Part shown: positions 35,080 to 47,654 of the stretch, piece by piece
Layout of the letters: every line of letters starts with the position of its first letter
How positions within the stretch are numbered: position 1 is the stretch's first letter
Origin: Lytechinus pictus
Taxonomy: Eukaryota
Reading direction: 5' to 3'
Assembly (NCBI RefSeq): GCF_037042905.1
Contig: NC_087250.1
Coordinates: 10,170,001 to 10,234,000, forward strand
Length of the DNA stretch: 64,000 nucleotides
Notes under the pieces: generated by a model
The model's input: only the letters and a program-made list of their open reading frames with translations
What the model was told of the DNA's origin: nothing
Databases searched by the model: none
Made by a program: the position numbers and the translations under genes

Positions 35080-36838
35080 TGTTCGGGTGAGAATGAGAAG
35101 ATGATAGTGAGAGTAAGTGAAAGGGTGAGAGTAATAGTGGGTTCATGGTGAAGGGGACGTGAGAGGGGAAAGGATGTGTGGATAAGGAGAAAGAGAAGGT
35201 TAGGGTGGGGGACGGGATGAGGGAAAGGGTGAGGGGGCGGGGTTCAAGAAATGGTGAGAGCAAGTACGCGCGTGAGGGTGATGTTGAAAGGGGGTGATGA
35301 GGCTTGAGGGCAGGGTGGGTGTAATATGGTGAGGACGATGGTAGGGGCGAGGATGGGAGAGAGGGGTAGGGGCGAGGATGGGAGGGTGGATATGATAGTA
35401 ATAGTAGGGGTGACGGTGGAAGATAGAATGAGAGTGGGTGTGATAGTGACAGTAAGGGTCGGGGAGAGGGTGGCGTGATGGAGGAAGACGGTTGCGTGGG
35501 GGAGAGGGTGAGTGTGATAGTGACATTGAGAGTAGTGAGGATGTGGGTGAGGGTGGGTGTGAAAGTAATGGTGAGGATAGGGGAGGCTGGGTGAGGAAGA
35601 TAGTGGGTGTGATAGTGAGAGTAAGGGTGGGGGAGAGGGTGGGTGTGATAGTGACATTGAGGGGAGTGAGGGTGTGGGTGAGAGAGAGGGGTGGTATGAT
35701 AGTGACAATGAGAGGAGTGAGGGTGTGGGTGAGAGAGAGGGTGGGTGTGAAAGTGACATTGAGCGTGGGAGAGGGTGGGTGAGAGAGAGTGGGTGTGATA
35801 ATGACATTTATTAAAATAGGAGTGTGGGTGAGGCCGAGGGAGATGGTGAGGGTGATAGTGACAATGAGAGGAGAGAGGGTGGGAGTGAGGGAGAGAAAGG
35901 GTGTGATAGTGACATTGAGAGGAGTGAGGGTGTGGGTGAGAGAGAAGGTGGGTGTGAAAGTAATGGTGAGGATAGGGGAGGCTGGGTGAGGAAGATAGTG
36001 GGTGTGATAGTGACATTGAGAGTAGGAGAGAGGGTGGGTGAGGGAGAGTGGGTGTGATAGTGACATTTATTAAAATAGGAGTGTGGGTGAGGCTGAGGGA
36101 GATGGTGAGTGTGATAGTGACATTGAGAGTAGGAGTTGGGTGGGAGAGTGAGTGAGTGTGATGGTGAGGGTAGGAAAGAGGGTGTGGTGAGGGAGAGGGT
36201 GGGGTGATAGTGACACTCAGAGTAGGAGAGTGGGTGGGATTGAGGGAAAAGGTGAGTGTGATAGTGAGGGTGGCATGAGGGACAAAGTGGTTTGATAGTG
36301 GCATTGAGAGGAGAGAGGGTGGGAGGAATAGGGCAAGTGTGATAGTAACAGTGATATGAGGGTGGGTGGGGGGAGAGTAAGTGTGATAGTGACATTGAGA
36401 GTAGGAGTATGGTGGGGCTGAGAGAGTGAGTGTGATAGTGAGAGGGTGGGAGTGAGGGACAGGGAGGGTGTGATAGTGACATTGAGAGTAGGAGTGTGGG
36501 GCTTTTGGAGAGGGTTAGTGTGAAAGAAAGGGTGAGGGTGGGATAGAGGCTGGGGTGAGTGAGAGAGTGGGTGTGATAGTGACATTGAGGGTAGAAGAGA
36601 GGGTGAGGGAGTGAGTTGGTGTGAAAGTAACAGTGAGGGTGTGATAGAGGCTCTGGTGAGGGAGAGAGTGGGTGTGATAGTGATATTGAGGGTAGAAGAG
36701 TGGGTGAGGGAGTGGGTTGGCGTGAAAGTAACAGTGAGGGTGGGATAGAGGCTGGGGTGAGGGAGAGAGTGGGTGTGAAAGAGGGTAGGATAGAGGCTGG
36801 GGTGACGGAGAGAGAGAGTGAGTGTAATAGTGACATTG
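35080..36838 (+). repeat. 1.75-kb G-rich degenerate minisatellite (core GGGTGTGATAGTGACATTGAG)
   Basis: Many imperfect copies; the plus strand is almost free of C; generates spurious His/Pro/Ser/Thr ORFs. Confidence 0.9.
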
Positions 36839-37204
36839 AATTCTAAGAGGCTGTATGGTTCATTTTTCTGAAATAAGATTTTTTCATGAATTAATTAGGC
36901 TAATTCATGCATAAAACAATGAATTTGTCTACTTAACTAAACGAGGTGTTTTAATATTCATTCATCCCTTCTCTCAGTAAAAACAGTATGTTACAAAATG
37001 AGCCAGCAATTTTATGCCTTCCTTTTAAGGAGATTAGCCAATTGACAACACTTCAATAAGACCTCAGGGGACAGTTTAAAAAAATTGTAATACAGTTAAA
37101 AGCTACTGAAATGCTTCAATCTTACTGGCTGATGGTAAATTTGTTACAGAAATTGTGCATTTGTTACTATAACAAGTCTTGATAAAACGGGACCCTGAAC
37201 TTAC

Positions 37205-37350
37205 TTGTCCTTTGGCCCTCAAGTCACAAAGTTCATTCATCATTGCCTCAATTTCATTGATTGCTGTAAGGAGACGTTCCCTTTGGGGTCCCTCAAGGCG
37301 GTCTGCTACCCTCCTGGCATCCCTCAGGATATCTCGTACTGCTTTCTCAC
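37205..37350 (-). CDS. VCL: Vinculin exon 7, (G)EKAVRDILRDARRVADRLEGPQRERLLTAINEIEAMMNELCDLRAKGQ, phase 1-0
   Basis: tag/gtaagt boundaries, 146 nt; vinculin internal repeat ending DLRARGQ. Confidence 0.94.
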
Positions 37351-37914
37351 CTAAATTGCATGAGAATTTAACACTCACTTTAGGTATTAAACAACACCAA
37401 ACAGTGAACATGATACCTGGGCCCCGTCTTACAAGAGGTTACGAATGATCCCATCAACCTAAATAATATGGAAGTCAAACAAGTCTAATTTTTTTTCTCC
37501 ATGGAATTTGCAGAATGTCCTTTATAAGCATAGAAGAACACACTAAATTTTCAAGCAAACGATGAATGAATGACTTAACATCATATTGAGAATTTTTAAA
37601 CAAACATGCATTTCAGATGTTGACATTGCTTGCTTTCCATAGTTGTGGTTGATTGGGTCAATCGTAACTCTTTGCAAGACGGGGGTCAAGGGGAGGGGGG
37701 CACTCTATCACACATCTTGTCAATGATTTAAAAGGTAAGTTGCTCTGACTCTGTCACATGGAAGGAGTTCAGTAGCTTCTTACAACTTGCAGTTAAGCTT
37801 GATAGGAAAAGCATTGCTGGGCATACAGCATAACAGATATGACATCAAGGCAGTGTCAAAATATCACACATTAATATTGACAGTTCTAGAAAAGAAATGG
37901 TAGGGAAAAGTGGC

Positions 37915-38596
37915 AGACTAGCCTAAGCCACCGGGCTCAGATGTGGGGTTGGCTAAAACATCTCAACATGATCACAGCGGTTATAAACTTAACCTAACCC
38001 ACAAGGCTATACATTAGGGCTGCCTTACCCAATTTGAGCAAGGCCATGATATGAATCAGTATCCTGCCATCAAGATGGCATCAAGATGATCGCATACACT
38101 TACCTAAGCCACTAGGTTCACCGTCAGGATTGGCCAACCAAGTTTGAGCCATAGTCATCTGGTTGTTGATATTCAACAAGGAATGAATGCGGTTATACAC
38201 CTGACCGAAGCCACAAGGCTCTACATTTGGGATGCCTCACCTAATCTGAGCAAGGCCATGATATGAATCAATATCCTGCAATGAAGATGATCGCATACAC
38301 TTACCTAAGCCACCAGGTTCAGCATGAGGAGTGGCCAACCAAGTTTGAGCCATGATCATCTGGTTGTTGATATTCAACAAGGAATGAATGCGGTTATACA
38401 CCTGACCTAAGCCACAAGGCTCTGCATTTTGGGATGCCTTACCTAGTCCCAGCAAGGCCATGATATGAATCAATATCCTGCAATGAAGATGGCATCAAGA
38501 TGATCGCATACACTTACCTAAGCCACCAGGTTCACCGTCGGGATTGGCCAACCAAGTTTGAGCCATGGTCATCTGGTTGGTGATATTCAACAAGGA
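37915..38596 (-). repeat. ~205-bp tandem array containing the 3' end and donor site of exon 6
   Basis: Two full extra copies (38104-38181, 38305-38382) of the SLLNI..AQTWLA..PGGL|gtaagt segment plus a decayed copy. Confidence 0.88.
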
Positions 38597-38742
38597 CTTC
38601 TTCATGATTGCTAGATCATCCAGGGACAGTTCATCGTCATCAGCAGAGGTGAGCTGCAGGATACGGATGATCTCGTTGACATCGTGGGACATGCATCCAA
38701 TGATGAAGTTGCGGTTCTGCTGAGCCTCATCCCGTCCTGCTC
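38518..38742 (-). CDS. VCL: Vinculin exon 6, (G)AGRDEAQQNRNFIIGCMSHDVNEIIRILQLTSADDDEL...AQTWLANPDGEPGGL(G), phase 1-1
   Basis: tag/gtaagt boundaries, 225 nt; NRNF...EIIRVLQLTS motif. Confidence 0.95.
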
Positions 38743-38846
38743 CTAATTATTCAAAAAAGATGTGCTGAAAAGAGTTAGTTTTTCACTTGCACAAGGGAGC
38801 ACTATTAATCTATGTACAGACACCTGTAACTTCAGTAGTACATTAA

Positions 38847-39447
38847 AGGACAAGTCCACCACAACAAAAAATTGATTTGAATAAAAAGAGAAAAATCAAC
38901 CAAGCACAACATTGAAAATTTCATCAAAATTGGATGTAAAAAAGAAAATTATATAATTTTTAAGTTTTGTTTAATTTCTCAAAATTGTTAAATGTACATC
39001 CCGGTTAGTATGCAAATGAGGGAACTGATGGCATCACTCACCATTTCCTTTGAATTTTATCATATGAAATATAAAATATTCGAAATTTCTCCCTATTGTC
39101 CTGTGAAGCAAAGTTTTTTTATTTCTCCCTTAACATGTGGAATTACCATTGTTTAACTTTTTATGGATCAGTCAAGTTGTTCTTAATGTCAAATCTGTAA
39201 AAATTGAAATATTGTATAATTCAAGCAATAAAAAACAAAATAAATATTGAGTGAGGGATATCATTGATTCTCTCATTTGCATGTGACTAAACAGCGCATA
39301 TAACTATTTTGTGAAAAATAAGCGGAACTTTAAAATATCATAACTTTCTTATTTTACATCCGATTTGTGATGTAACTTTCAGCATTATGCTTGCCTGATT
39401 TTTCTCTATTGATTCAAACCAACATTTTTCTGGAATGGAGTTGACCT
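38847..39447. mobile_element. Kolobok-like TTAA MITE (family copies at ~50125-50755 and 52299-52886; relatives at ~33520-34105, 53568-54142 and 54338-54856)
   Basis: ttaa|AGGACAAGTCCAC ... TTGACCT|ttaa termini and a shared body between copies. Confidence 0.75.
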
Positions 39448-41125
39448 TTAATGAGGTTCAACAGTGCAGCATGGCAAACTAGATTTTGAGCACAAAATAC
39501 TCTACACAGAGGGCTATACTGCACCTGGAACAAGAGCAGAGCAGTGCAATATTGGGAACAACTCTTTGTACAGTGCGTCCCACAAAAAATGAAACCGAGA
39601 ATCATCGATAATCTATCATAACTTATTCACAAATACAATAGACAAGTGACATACCATTGTAAAGCTTAGAATCTCCTCTTTTATCTGAAATTACTTAGAT
39701 TATTCCTCATTCACGCATGAGTGAGCAAAAATAATTTGAAGAAAGGATACCAAAACTCATTTGGCGAGGGGTATCTGAATTTCAAAAAGAAAATAATTCC
39801 TAAAAAGTTCAATATCTGCTCTTTTATTTGATACATTAATCACAGAAAATGAAGTAAAAAAGTTCTGTTCCCTCGAAACAATGCTTGTATTTCCATAATT
39901 TCATTAAATAGACATGTTCTCACTGGTTTCCCACAGAAGCTATCGCACGATTAACAAAAGACTTATTAATGCATGGCTGATCGTCGACAAAACAGAGTGT
40001 CGAGTGAGTCTTGACGCTTGCCTGTAAAACCTCTTCATTTTATGAAATTATTGAAATTGAAGCCTTATTTCAAGTATCCAGAACTTACGCTTAATTTAGC
40101 GCATATCGGGAGCGTGTATAAAACATGTCCAATGCTGATGCGTGCTTTTGTCACAGTTAGCAAAATTGATGCCTGTTACAATTGTAAGATACGCTATTTT
40201 ATTCATGAGACCTCTGTTTGAATAGTGGACTCATTATTCAAAACAGTGGACTCATTAATAAAATTGGGCATATTTTAATATACGCGGTAAAATAAGCGTG
40301 ATAGATACAGGAAATCTGCATAAACCATGGACTCAACCGTGGGTTTTCAAAACCACCTTTGTGAATTCTGGCCATAAGGTTCCGCATGAAACTTATACCC
40401 AAGTCATGGTTACATCTTTATGCAACAGCCCATCAAGATTTGAACCCGGAAGCTAGGCTGGCATGACCAGTGCCCTTCCAACGAGTTCACTGGGCTCCAG
40501 GAGATCTTGCTTTACTCCGTGTGAGCGAAGTCACAAGGAGTGAAGAGAGATTTAGGTACCTTGTTAAAAGTCTGTCCGCGTCTTTTGGCAGGAATCCCAC
40601 TACAAAGGCACTTTGAGGAAGCATGAGAAAGGCCTCTGGTGGGACTCCCACGTGAAAGATACAGCTTTTTTGACAAGGTACCTTACAGGGTGGTACATAA
40701 GCACTTGCCTGATTGCCCGGGGCAAGTAAAAGTTAGAGTCGGGCAAGTGTTTTGAAGTAAAAATCCAAAACCACTTTAAGCAAAATTCTCACAGTAGAAT
40801 GTCCAAAATTTGGGTCAATATGATATCATATCGACCCTAAGACCCTTATTTTGGTCATGGCAGGCAAGATAAAATCACTTTGGAAAAAGAAATGCAATAA
40901 CAGGGTAGATCAGTTCATGTGAAAAGCAAGAAAAGGGTCAATGGTTTAAATAACCGCAAAACTTTCCTTTGAAGAGGTAAAAAAAAATTACAAAGATTTT
41001 TTCGGGCAAGTGAAATAGATTTTTGGGCAAGTATATTCCAACTGTTTAAAAATTTACTTGCCCGACCGGGCAATTGCTTCTAAGAAGTTATGTAGCACCT
41101 TGTAGCTTAGCTGAAAGACCCATAC

Positions 41126-41297
41126 CTCCTTTCTTGAGTGTAGCGACAAAGATCTTCATAGAGGAAACCAGGATCGGTGTGGTCCTCTTGAGGTTCTCGG
41201 TGTGGTTGATCAGTCCGTTGGCATGGGCAGTGTGGGTCAGTTCCTTGCTTCTTGAGGTCACTTTGTTGGCCATGTTGGCCATCCCGGGAGACAAGTT
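41126..41297 (-). CDS. VCL: Vinculin exon 5, NLSPGMANMANKVTSRSKELTHTAHANGLINHTENLKRTTPILVSSMKIFVATLKKG(G), phase 0-1
   Basis: cag/gtatgg boundaries, 172 nt; contains the vinculin ELTH and SAMKIFV-like motifs. Confidence 0.95.
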
Positions 41298-42028
41298 CTG
41301 TTTAAGAAACCAGGGGGGTGTTTCACAAAGATTTAAGTATGACTTAAGTCGCATTTAAATACCGACGCGTACACGACATGCAACGCGCGATCTTATTGAT
41401 CAATACGCAGTAGTGGGCGTCCTCATGACGCGATCTGACCAATGCGGTCTAGCCTTTTATACTGCACGCAACTAGACATTAAAGTGCGACTCTAAGTCAT
41501 ACTGAAATCTTTGTAAAACACCCCCATAAAACAACTTGATAATGACCATAAAAGAGTACATCCCTTCTTTGAAAATCTGTATTACATGCCCTCCTTTAGA
41601 AAGAATACATGATCTACTGATAGATGTGATAAAAGAGGCAGTTTAAGTATATACTAAAGTAATGGGAGACTTGTTCACAAGTGACATCACACATCTTTGT
41701 TGCATTGCCAATAGGAGGATCTCCATAGCATCAGTGATCGCAGTATTCAAATGCTCATAACTTTCTCATTATTTTTTCAGATTTTTCTCAAACTTTTCTT
41801 GATCTGTTTCTTTGATTTTTCTGTTTTCACACAAGCATTCTTGTTCCAAATGTTTCATTCTCCTTTAACTTGAGAAAGGTTTTGTTGAAATAAAATGCAT
41901 TCAGGGCAACAAATTGAACCTACGAATCATGGTGGATTTTCTCTCTCTCTCTCTCAAGTTCGGTCCAGAATCTTCAAAATGCTAATTCTGCTTTGAATAG
42001 ATTTAAGTTTGAATATACGGTGACTTAC

Positions 42029-42174
42029 CTTTACAAATGTCACCAGATCTTCCAGGCATTCAACCACTTCAGAGACTGCCAGGTATTCCAGGACACCTTT
42101 TGCCACCCGGACAATCTTGCGGACCTCAGACTGGTCGAAGCAGAGAAGGAGATCAGAAGTTCCACCAAGAATAC
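42029..42174 (-). CDS. VCL: Vinculin exon 4, (G)[48 protein letters not shown], phase 1-0
   Basis: aag/gtaagt boundaries, 146 nt; very close to vinculin [21 protein letters not shown]. Confidence 0.96.
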
Positions 42175-42811
42175 CTTCCAAGGAAAGAAGAAAATTTTAT
42201 GCCAACTACCATTACCTGGCTGAATGAACGTAGTGGAGAATTAATTTTGCTTCCAATATGTACAATGTAATCAAGAACATAAAAAATGCATTGCCAAGGG
42301 CAATTCTATAAAATATGTACGTCCGACCCCCTATATGTGGGGCCTTCATGAATTTTTTTGTTTCTCATTTCTTGTTCTTTTGAAAGTCTGTAATGTTCTC
42401 AAGGGACAATGACTTGGTCAGTTTATGAAGTGAAGTAAGACTTGAGAGGGGGGGGGGGGGTCGGACGTACAAAAACGTTTATTATTTTATGGAACTTCCC
42501 TCAAACGCCCTTCATGACAATGACGAGAAGTCAATGTCAAGAATTGGTGAATCAAAACAGCAGTTTCGTCCTGGTCCCCTGAAAAACCACATATTTGCCA
42601 TTTTTCATCAGTTCCAAACTTAGGACGAAACTGCTGTCCCGGGTCACCAATTTCTGACAAAGACTTCCCAGCTGTTCATTGTGACTTGACGGTCATTTTC
42701 AATACATTTACTGTGTTCTTGAATGCGTTATGTGTCGTGGAAGCGAAAACTCCCAAACGATAGGATCAATCACCGATCTTGGTAAGATAGGCGCTACACG
42801 TAGATACTTAC

Positions 42812-42983
42812 CTCTTGCCCCGTCAATCAGCTTTTTCCTGGCCGGTGAGGAGTACGGATCTTGCTTGAGTTGCATGGCCGCTTCGGCCAGCTTGTTGGCT
42901 GATTCTTCTACACCTGTGAAGGCGGGAGGCATCTCTTGCTTCAGGATCTTGTCGTCTGTGCTGTTGGCAGTGTCCTTCCCAAC
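42812..42983 (-). CDS. VCL: Vinculin exon 3, VGKDTANSTDDKILKQEMPPAFTGVEESANKLAEAAMQLKQDPYSSPARKKLIDGAR(G), phase 0-1
   Basis: tag/gtaagt boundaries, 172 nt; resembles human [22 protein letters not shown]...DPYSVPARDYLIDGSRG. Confidence 0.95.
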
Positions 42984-44598
42984 CTATACAGGGTGTCCAA
43001 GAAAAAGGGAAATCCATGTCATAATACTGTTACAAAATCATCAAATATGTTTTTATTCATGTTTGTCAGTACTTAATAGCAAGTTTAATAAGTTGACTTA
43101 AGAAACACTTTGTACAGAAAATCATTATTAGTGATTAGTGATTCTGTAATTCAAGTTATTGGTGACGTTTGTAATGTCCTGAACGACCAATACAGGGTTT
43201 CCAAGAAAAAAGGGAATGCCATTGTAAGATATAGAAATTATCAAAAATGTTTTGATTCCAGTTTAATACCCATAGAAAGCACTGATCTTTAATGCATGGG
43301 AATTTAGAGACATTATAGACTATGCCCATCGAAATGTTTTGTGAGGAACATTATGAGTGAATCTTTATTCAAAATCTTGTCATCCAAATATCACATTGCA
43401 TGGAAGATTACACAGGACAATGATACTTGTCACAAACAAATCAAGATATAATTCAAACTTGATTTTGGTAGCAAAAGTTAATCATTTATGCATAGAAGAT
43501 TATGGACATTTTTTACTAGAAAATTGTATTTGGGGATCAATTTTCACATAATTTTGAAAATAATATCATATTTCACCATCTCTCCTTTACTTGTCTTCCC
43601 TTTCTCCTTCTTTTTTTCTTTTTCATTTATTGGTCTTGAAATTTGGGGGGATCTTAAAACCCATTTAACACCTGGGTGGAATAAAAATGACTAGTTATAT
43701 GTATATAGCACTTAATAATGTTTGTTTCTCAGCACTTTACATGTAATTATTATGACCCTGTCATCGGATCCTGCTATGCATGCACACAGGGTGTAAAAGA
43801 GGAAACATGAATTCTGCCTTTAGACAGTATACAAATAGCGAATAGGCATGAGTGCGATGGTGCAAGATTTCGCATGAGGTGAAAGAAAGATACTCTATTC
43901 AACCAGGCGTTAGCCGAGTTGAATAGAGCGTCTCTTTCTTTCACCAAAGGCAAAATCTTGCACCATTGCAAAAATAAGAATATTCGCTTTTTGTGTTGTA
44001 CAACGCCTTGGAGGTTAGCGAAAATTTGAAGAAAAAAAAACAGGAGTTTTTCCCTGCAGTTATCTATGAAAAGGGGCAATTTTGAAAGTGTAAAGCAAAA
44101 TCCCACAAGCGCAAATGACCTCGGGCAGTATCGTGCATTTAGCCATTTCACCTTCATTTTTCACTTAGCGCACTGAATTGAATCGTATTGTGACGTCACC
44201 TCCTAAAGCCGTGCAACGGTATATTTTACATGGTAGGTACATGTACGTTGTGTGTGCAACGGTATGAAAGTTTGACATTCAGTCTCCCATTTGCTCGCGT
44301 ACAACAAGCTAAGAAGGCATTGTACAATACTTATCTTACAATATTCTGTAATGGTAACTCCCATAGGAACTCAGCACAAGAGCTTTCTGCTGGTATAACG
44401 CTGAAATAACCAACTAAATAGGGCAAATCTTACGTCAAAATTAGTCAATGATAGTGGCTGACTTTATAGAAGACCAAAATTACTCTCGGATCTTTTTATC
44501 AGAGTGGAGACAATGGCAGAGCAGGGATTAGAACTGATGACCTCACGATCATGAGTCCAATGCTCTAACCGCTAGACCAAAGGAAAAAATGTTGTTAC

Positions 44599-44706
44599 CT
44601 TGACCAGGTTCTGGACAGCAGCACTGACCGCCATGACAGGATTTGATAGGTCGGGCATGGCGTTTCCATCCTGGGCTTCTTCATGGAGGATAACCAATTG
44701 AGAAAC
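44599..44706 (-). CDS. VCL: Vinculin exon 2 (head D1), [36 protein letters not shown], phase 0-0
   Basis: cag acceptor, gtaaca donor, 108 nt; resembles human [37 protein letters not shown]. Confidence 0.93.
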
Positions 44707-44734
44707 CTGTGAAAGATAGATAAAAAAATAAAAA

Positions 44735-44994
44735 TGATGAAAATCCATATTTTATTGTTCGAAATAGACATGAAATGAAATACTCCGAAAATTTGTTCTG
44801 CCCGATTGATCGTAAGCCCAGCAGCCGCTGTGCAGCGCCAGATCGACGAGGCTCTATCCCTTTAATCGTTGAACGCCAAACAGGGTAGCAGCAACCCCCA
44901 ACTTTTAACGTCTTTTGGTCTGACGCGGCCGGGGTTTGAACCCCGACCTCCCGGTTGTGAGACGGACACTCTACCAACTGAGCCAACACACCGG
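44735..44994 (-). mobile_element. tRNA-derived SINE, about 30 nt upstream of the exon 2 acceptor
   Basis: A box TGGCTCAGTTGG and B box GGTTCAAACC in a tRNA-like head, then a non-tRNA body and AT-rich tail. Confidence 0.8.
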
Positions 44995-45274
44995 TTAGAA
45001 AAAACACATCAGTGGGTGGAAAAGTCTATACACATTAAATAATGCTGTATATACAGTATATAAATGGATTTAAATAAAAAACTAAAAATTCCAGTTCTTT
45101 AAATTCAAATCCGTAAAAAATATTGTTTAAAATTTCTATACAATGCTGTTTACTATATGGACCTTGCAGTTAAACAGTTAAAACAAGTGTTAAAGATCCT
45201 TAACAGTTTAACTCTCAATAAATTAACCATGTTTGTTTAAACTGTTAAACAGCTACTGTATACAAGGTTCATAA

Positions 45275-47654
45275 GGGCATTTTCACGGTAACTGACATTA
45301 CACGGCACAATGTTTTCACACCTTTCATTGTGTGTATCTCTAAAACAACAAATGATGAGAGTTTGCTTTTGATAGAGTTAATAAAGTGAACCTTGCTGTA
45401 TACTCTAATACTAAGTTTTCATATGTAACCACATTTTTTTACGCATCAGCAAGCAAAAATGTGTCGGTAACTGACATTACGCAAAAGGACATGCAATTTC
45501 AGGGTGTTCATTAAAATTGAAATATCTCATGTCCCTGAGTAGATAGAGTAATAATTTGAATATGTAAATATACCTTCGTTACTAGGTTAACATGTGTCAA
45601 ATTAGTAAACATTTTGTTTTTGTCTTTTGGGGGCTATGATAATTTTTCCACAACCATGCTGGTAACTGACATTACGGTAACTGACATTACACTTAATTTG
45701 CCATAGAAATAACACATGGAAGTCAAATGTGTGGAATCATTGCATTGTATCTTCTGTGCAGGGCTTCACATAAAAGTGAGCTTGATGTGGAAGTATACCC
45801 GAGTTTCTAGGAACATTTCAATGAAAAAACTTTTTCTTTTTCTTAATTCCTTTCTTTGATTTGAACATTTTTATAATTACTTGTCGGTAACTGACAATAC
45901 ACATTAACATTTACCAGTGCTATATGATTTTCAAAGGCATAATTTTCTTGGTACTTATATGTAAGGCTTTTTAAAATCATAAAAGTTTCATAATACTTTA
46001 CATTTTTAATTATCAAAAGATAAGAAATTTTCCTATTAGTAATTTAATATTGCATTGACTGTACACATGGATTTTTCTGACTATATACCCATAATATATT
46101 CATCAGTTTTATATTGACTTTTTAAACCTTTTCCTTCTCCAACCTCCCCCTCCCCTCAAAAAAGGCAAAATGAATAAGGGTCTCCTCCCCTAGGCTACAC
46201 ATACCCCTCCCCCGAATCTCATGCAGCCATGTAGTTTTATTGATTTCTATTCTGGTCAGTGCAAGCAATGCTTGTTCATATCTGTCGGATTTCAATTCTC
46301 ATCATAATTTGTTTAATAATTTTCTTTGCTAATTTCTTTTTTAAGCTGTCAACAAAAAATAAACTCCAGCTTCTAAACTGAAACTGAACTATTTGTAAAT
46401 TAGAAGAAAAAAAAACACAGTTTTAGTAGATCCATGCAACATTGATCAGAACTGTCAAATTTCACTTTTCATCTATATTATGGTTGTTCCACTTTATATG
46501 TTTGTCATTTTGCCTCCGACGAAGATTCTGCTAGGATCGAAAGCTTAGGCCCCTTTTTTACTTTAAAAAAAACTTGAAAACAAAATTGTATCACACATCC
46601 ACACTACTAACAGGTATAAAAACCAGGAATTTACTTTTAGCGAGGCAATGCTCAAAAGAATCCTAGAAACTAAAAAAGGGACCCTGGAAATCCCCTTCAT
46701 CACAATGTTAAGCTTAAAAAATGTTGCAGATTTAGGCAATAGGTTGGGAAAAGTACCCCCTACCCCCCCCCCCCCCCCCCCCCGAAAACCAAACAAAAAA
46801 TTGTCTGATACAAACAATTAGGTACTTGGTAAGTGCATGTACAAAACAATTTCATAGTAATTTTTTTTGCACGATGGGAATGCAACTTCCTTCACAATTT
46901 CATTAATTTCATATAGTATTCCTTGTGAACTATACCTTTTAAAAGTCAATAGCAAGCTCCTTCTGGTGTGACTTTTAAAGTGAAAGACTTAAATAACAAG
47001 TATACAATATTTCTTCACCATAAAATTGACCACATATTTGCATTTCAATATTGGTAACCAATGTTTTATCATGGTAACTGACATTACATTTCGGTAACTG
47101 ACATTACATTTTCCACTTGGTAACTGACATTACATATATTTAATGGTACCCTATGGCTTCATTGTTAATTGGTAATCTTTAATTTTGGTGTAGAAGGGAG
47201 GGGTGTTACCTAGAGAGGAAATCTACCAAGTTTCATATAATATCCTCTTTTCCAGGAAATGAGAAAAAAAAGTTCATGTTTTCGGTAACTGACATTACAT
47301 ACCATATCACATACTTCATCAATGTTTTTTTATCAGATAAATGAATTACTGGTGTTTCTTTCTGTGGGATTTTAAAGAGTGTTATAATAGCAAGCTAAAT
47401 CACAGGCGAAAACATCATGATCAAACCTGTTCTTTAAAAATCTGTCAAAACAAAATATGTATCAATATACTATTTTCAACACTAATTTGTATCCATACTT
47501 TGGCAGCCATTTTGAAATAAAAAATGGCTGCCAGAGTCGGAAAATTTTTTGTCTCAGAAACTTCAGGTCTTGTTTTATTAAAAAACATAAAGCATTTGAC
47601 ATGAATATCAACTTGATTTTTTTGCCTCTGTGTCCATCTATGGTGAAAATGCCC
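45275..47654. mobile_element. 2.4-kb non-autonomous TIR element with 4-bp TSD (ATAA), nested in a palindromic MITE
   Basis: ataa|GGGCATTTTCAC ... GTGAAAATGCCC|ataa; about nine GGTAACTGACATTAC motifs inside. Confidence 0.7.

Larger units (their letters stand above)
603..44706 (-). other. VCL: Vinculin gene span (partial: exon 1 lies >64000, final tail exons lie <1)
   Basis: Spliced exons translate into a continuous protein colinear with vinculin from the head ([10 protein letters not shown]...) through the Pro-rich linker to the Vt tail (QCTDKRM). All intron phases are consistent. Confidence 0.97.

Noticed and set aside
34988..36836. Long His/Pro/Ser/Thr-rich ORFs (438, 341, 288 aa)
   Set aside because: They arise in several frames from a skewed minisatellite that lacks stop codons; there is no splice or homology support.
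32346..38742. Only two internal vinculin repeats instead of the three in vertebrates
   Set aside because: Two repeats is the known invertebrate condition, and exon phases are continuous, so no exon is missing.
603..44706. Alpha-catenin or alpha-catulin identity
   Set aside because: The Pro-rich linker, internal repeats and WSSKDND/QCTDKR tail motifs are vinculin-specific.
44920..44994. Possible tRNA gene
   Set aside because: It continues into a SINE body with no clean acceptor stem or terminator; treated as a SINE head.
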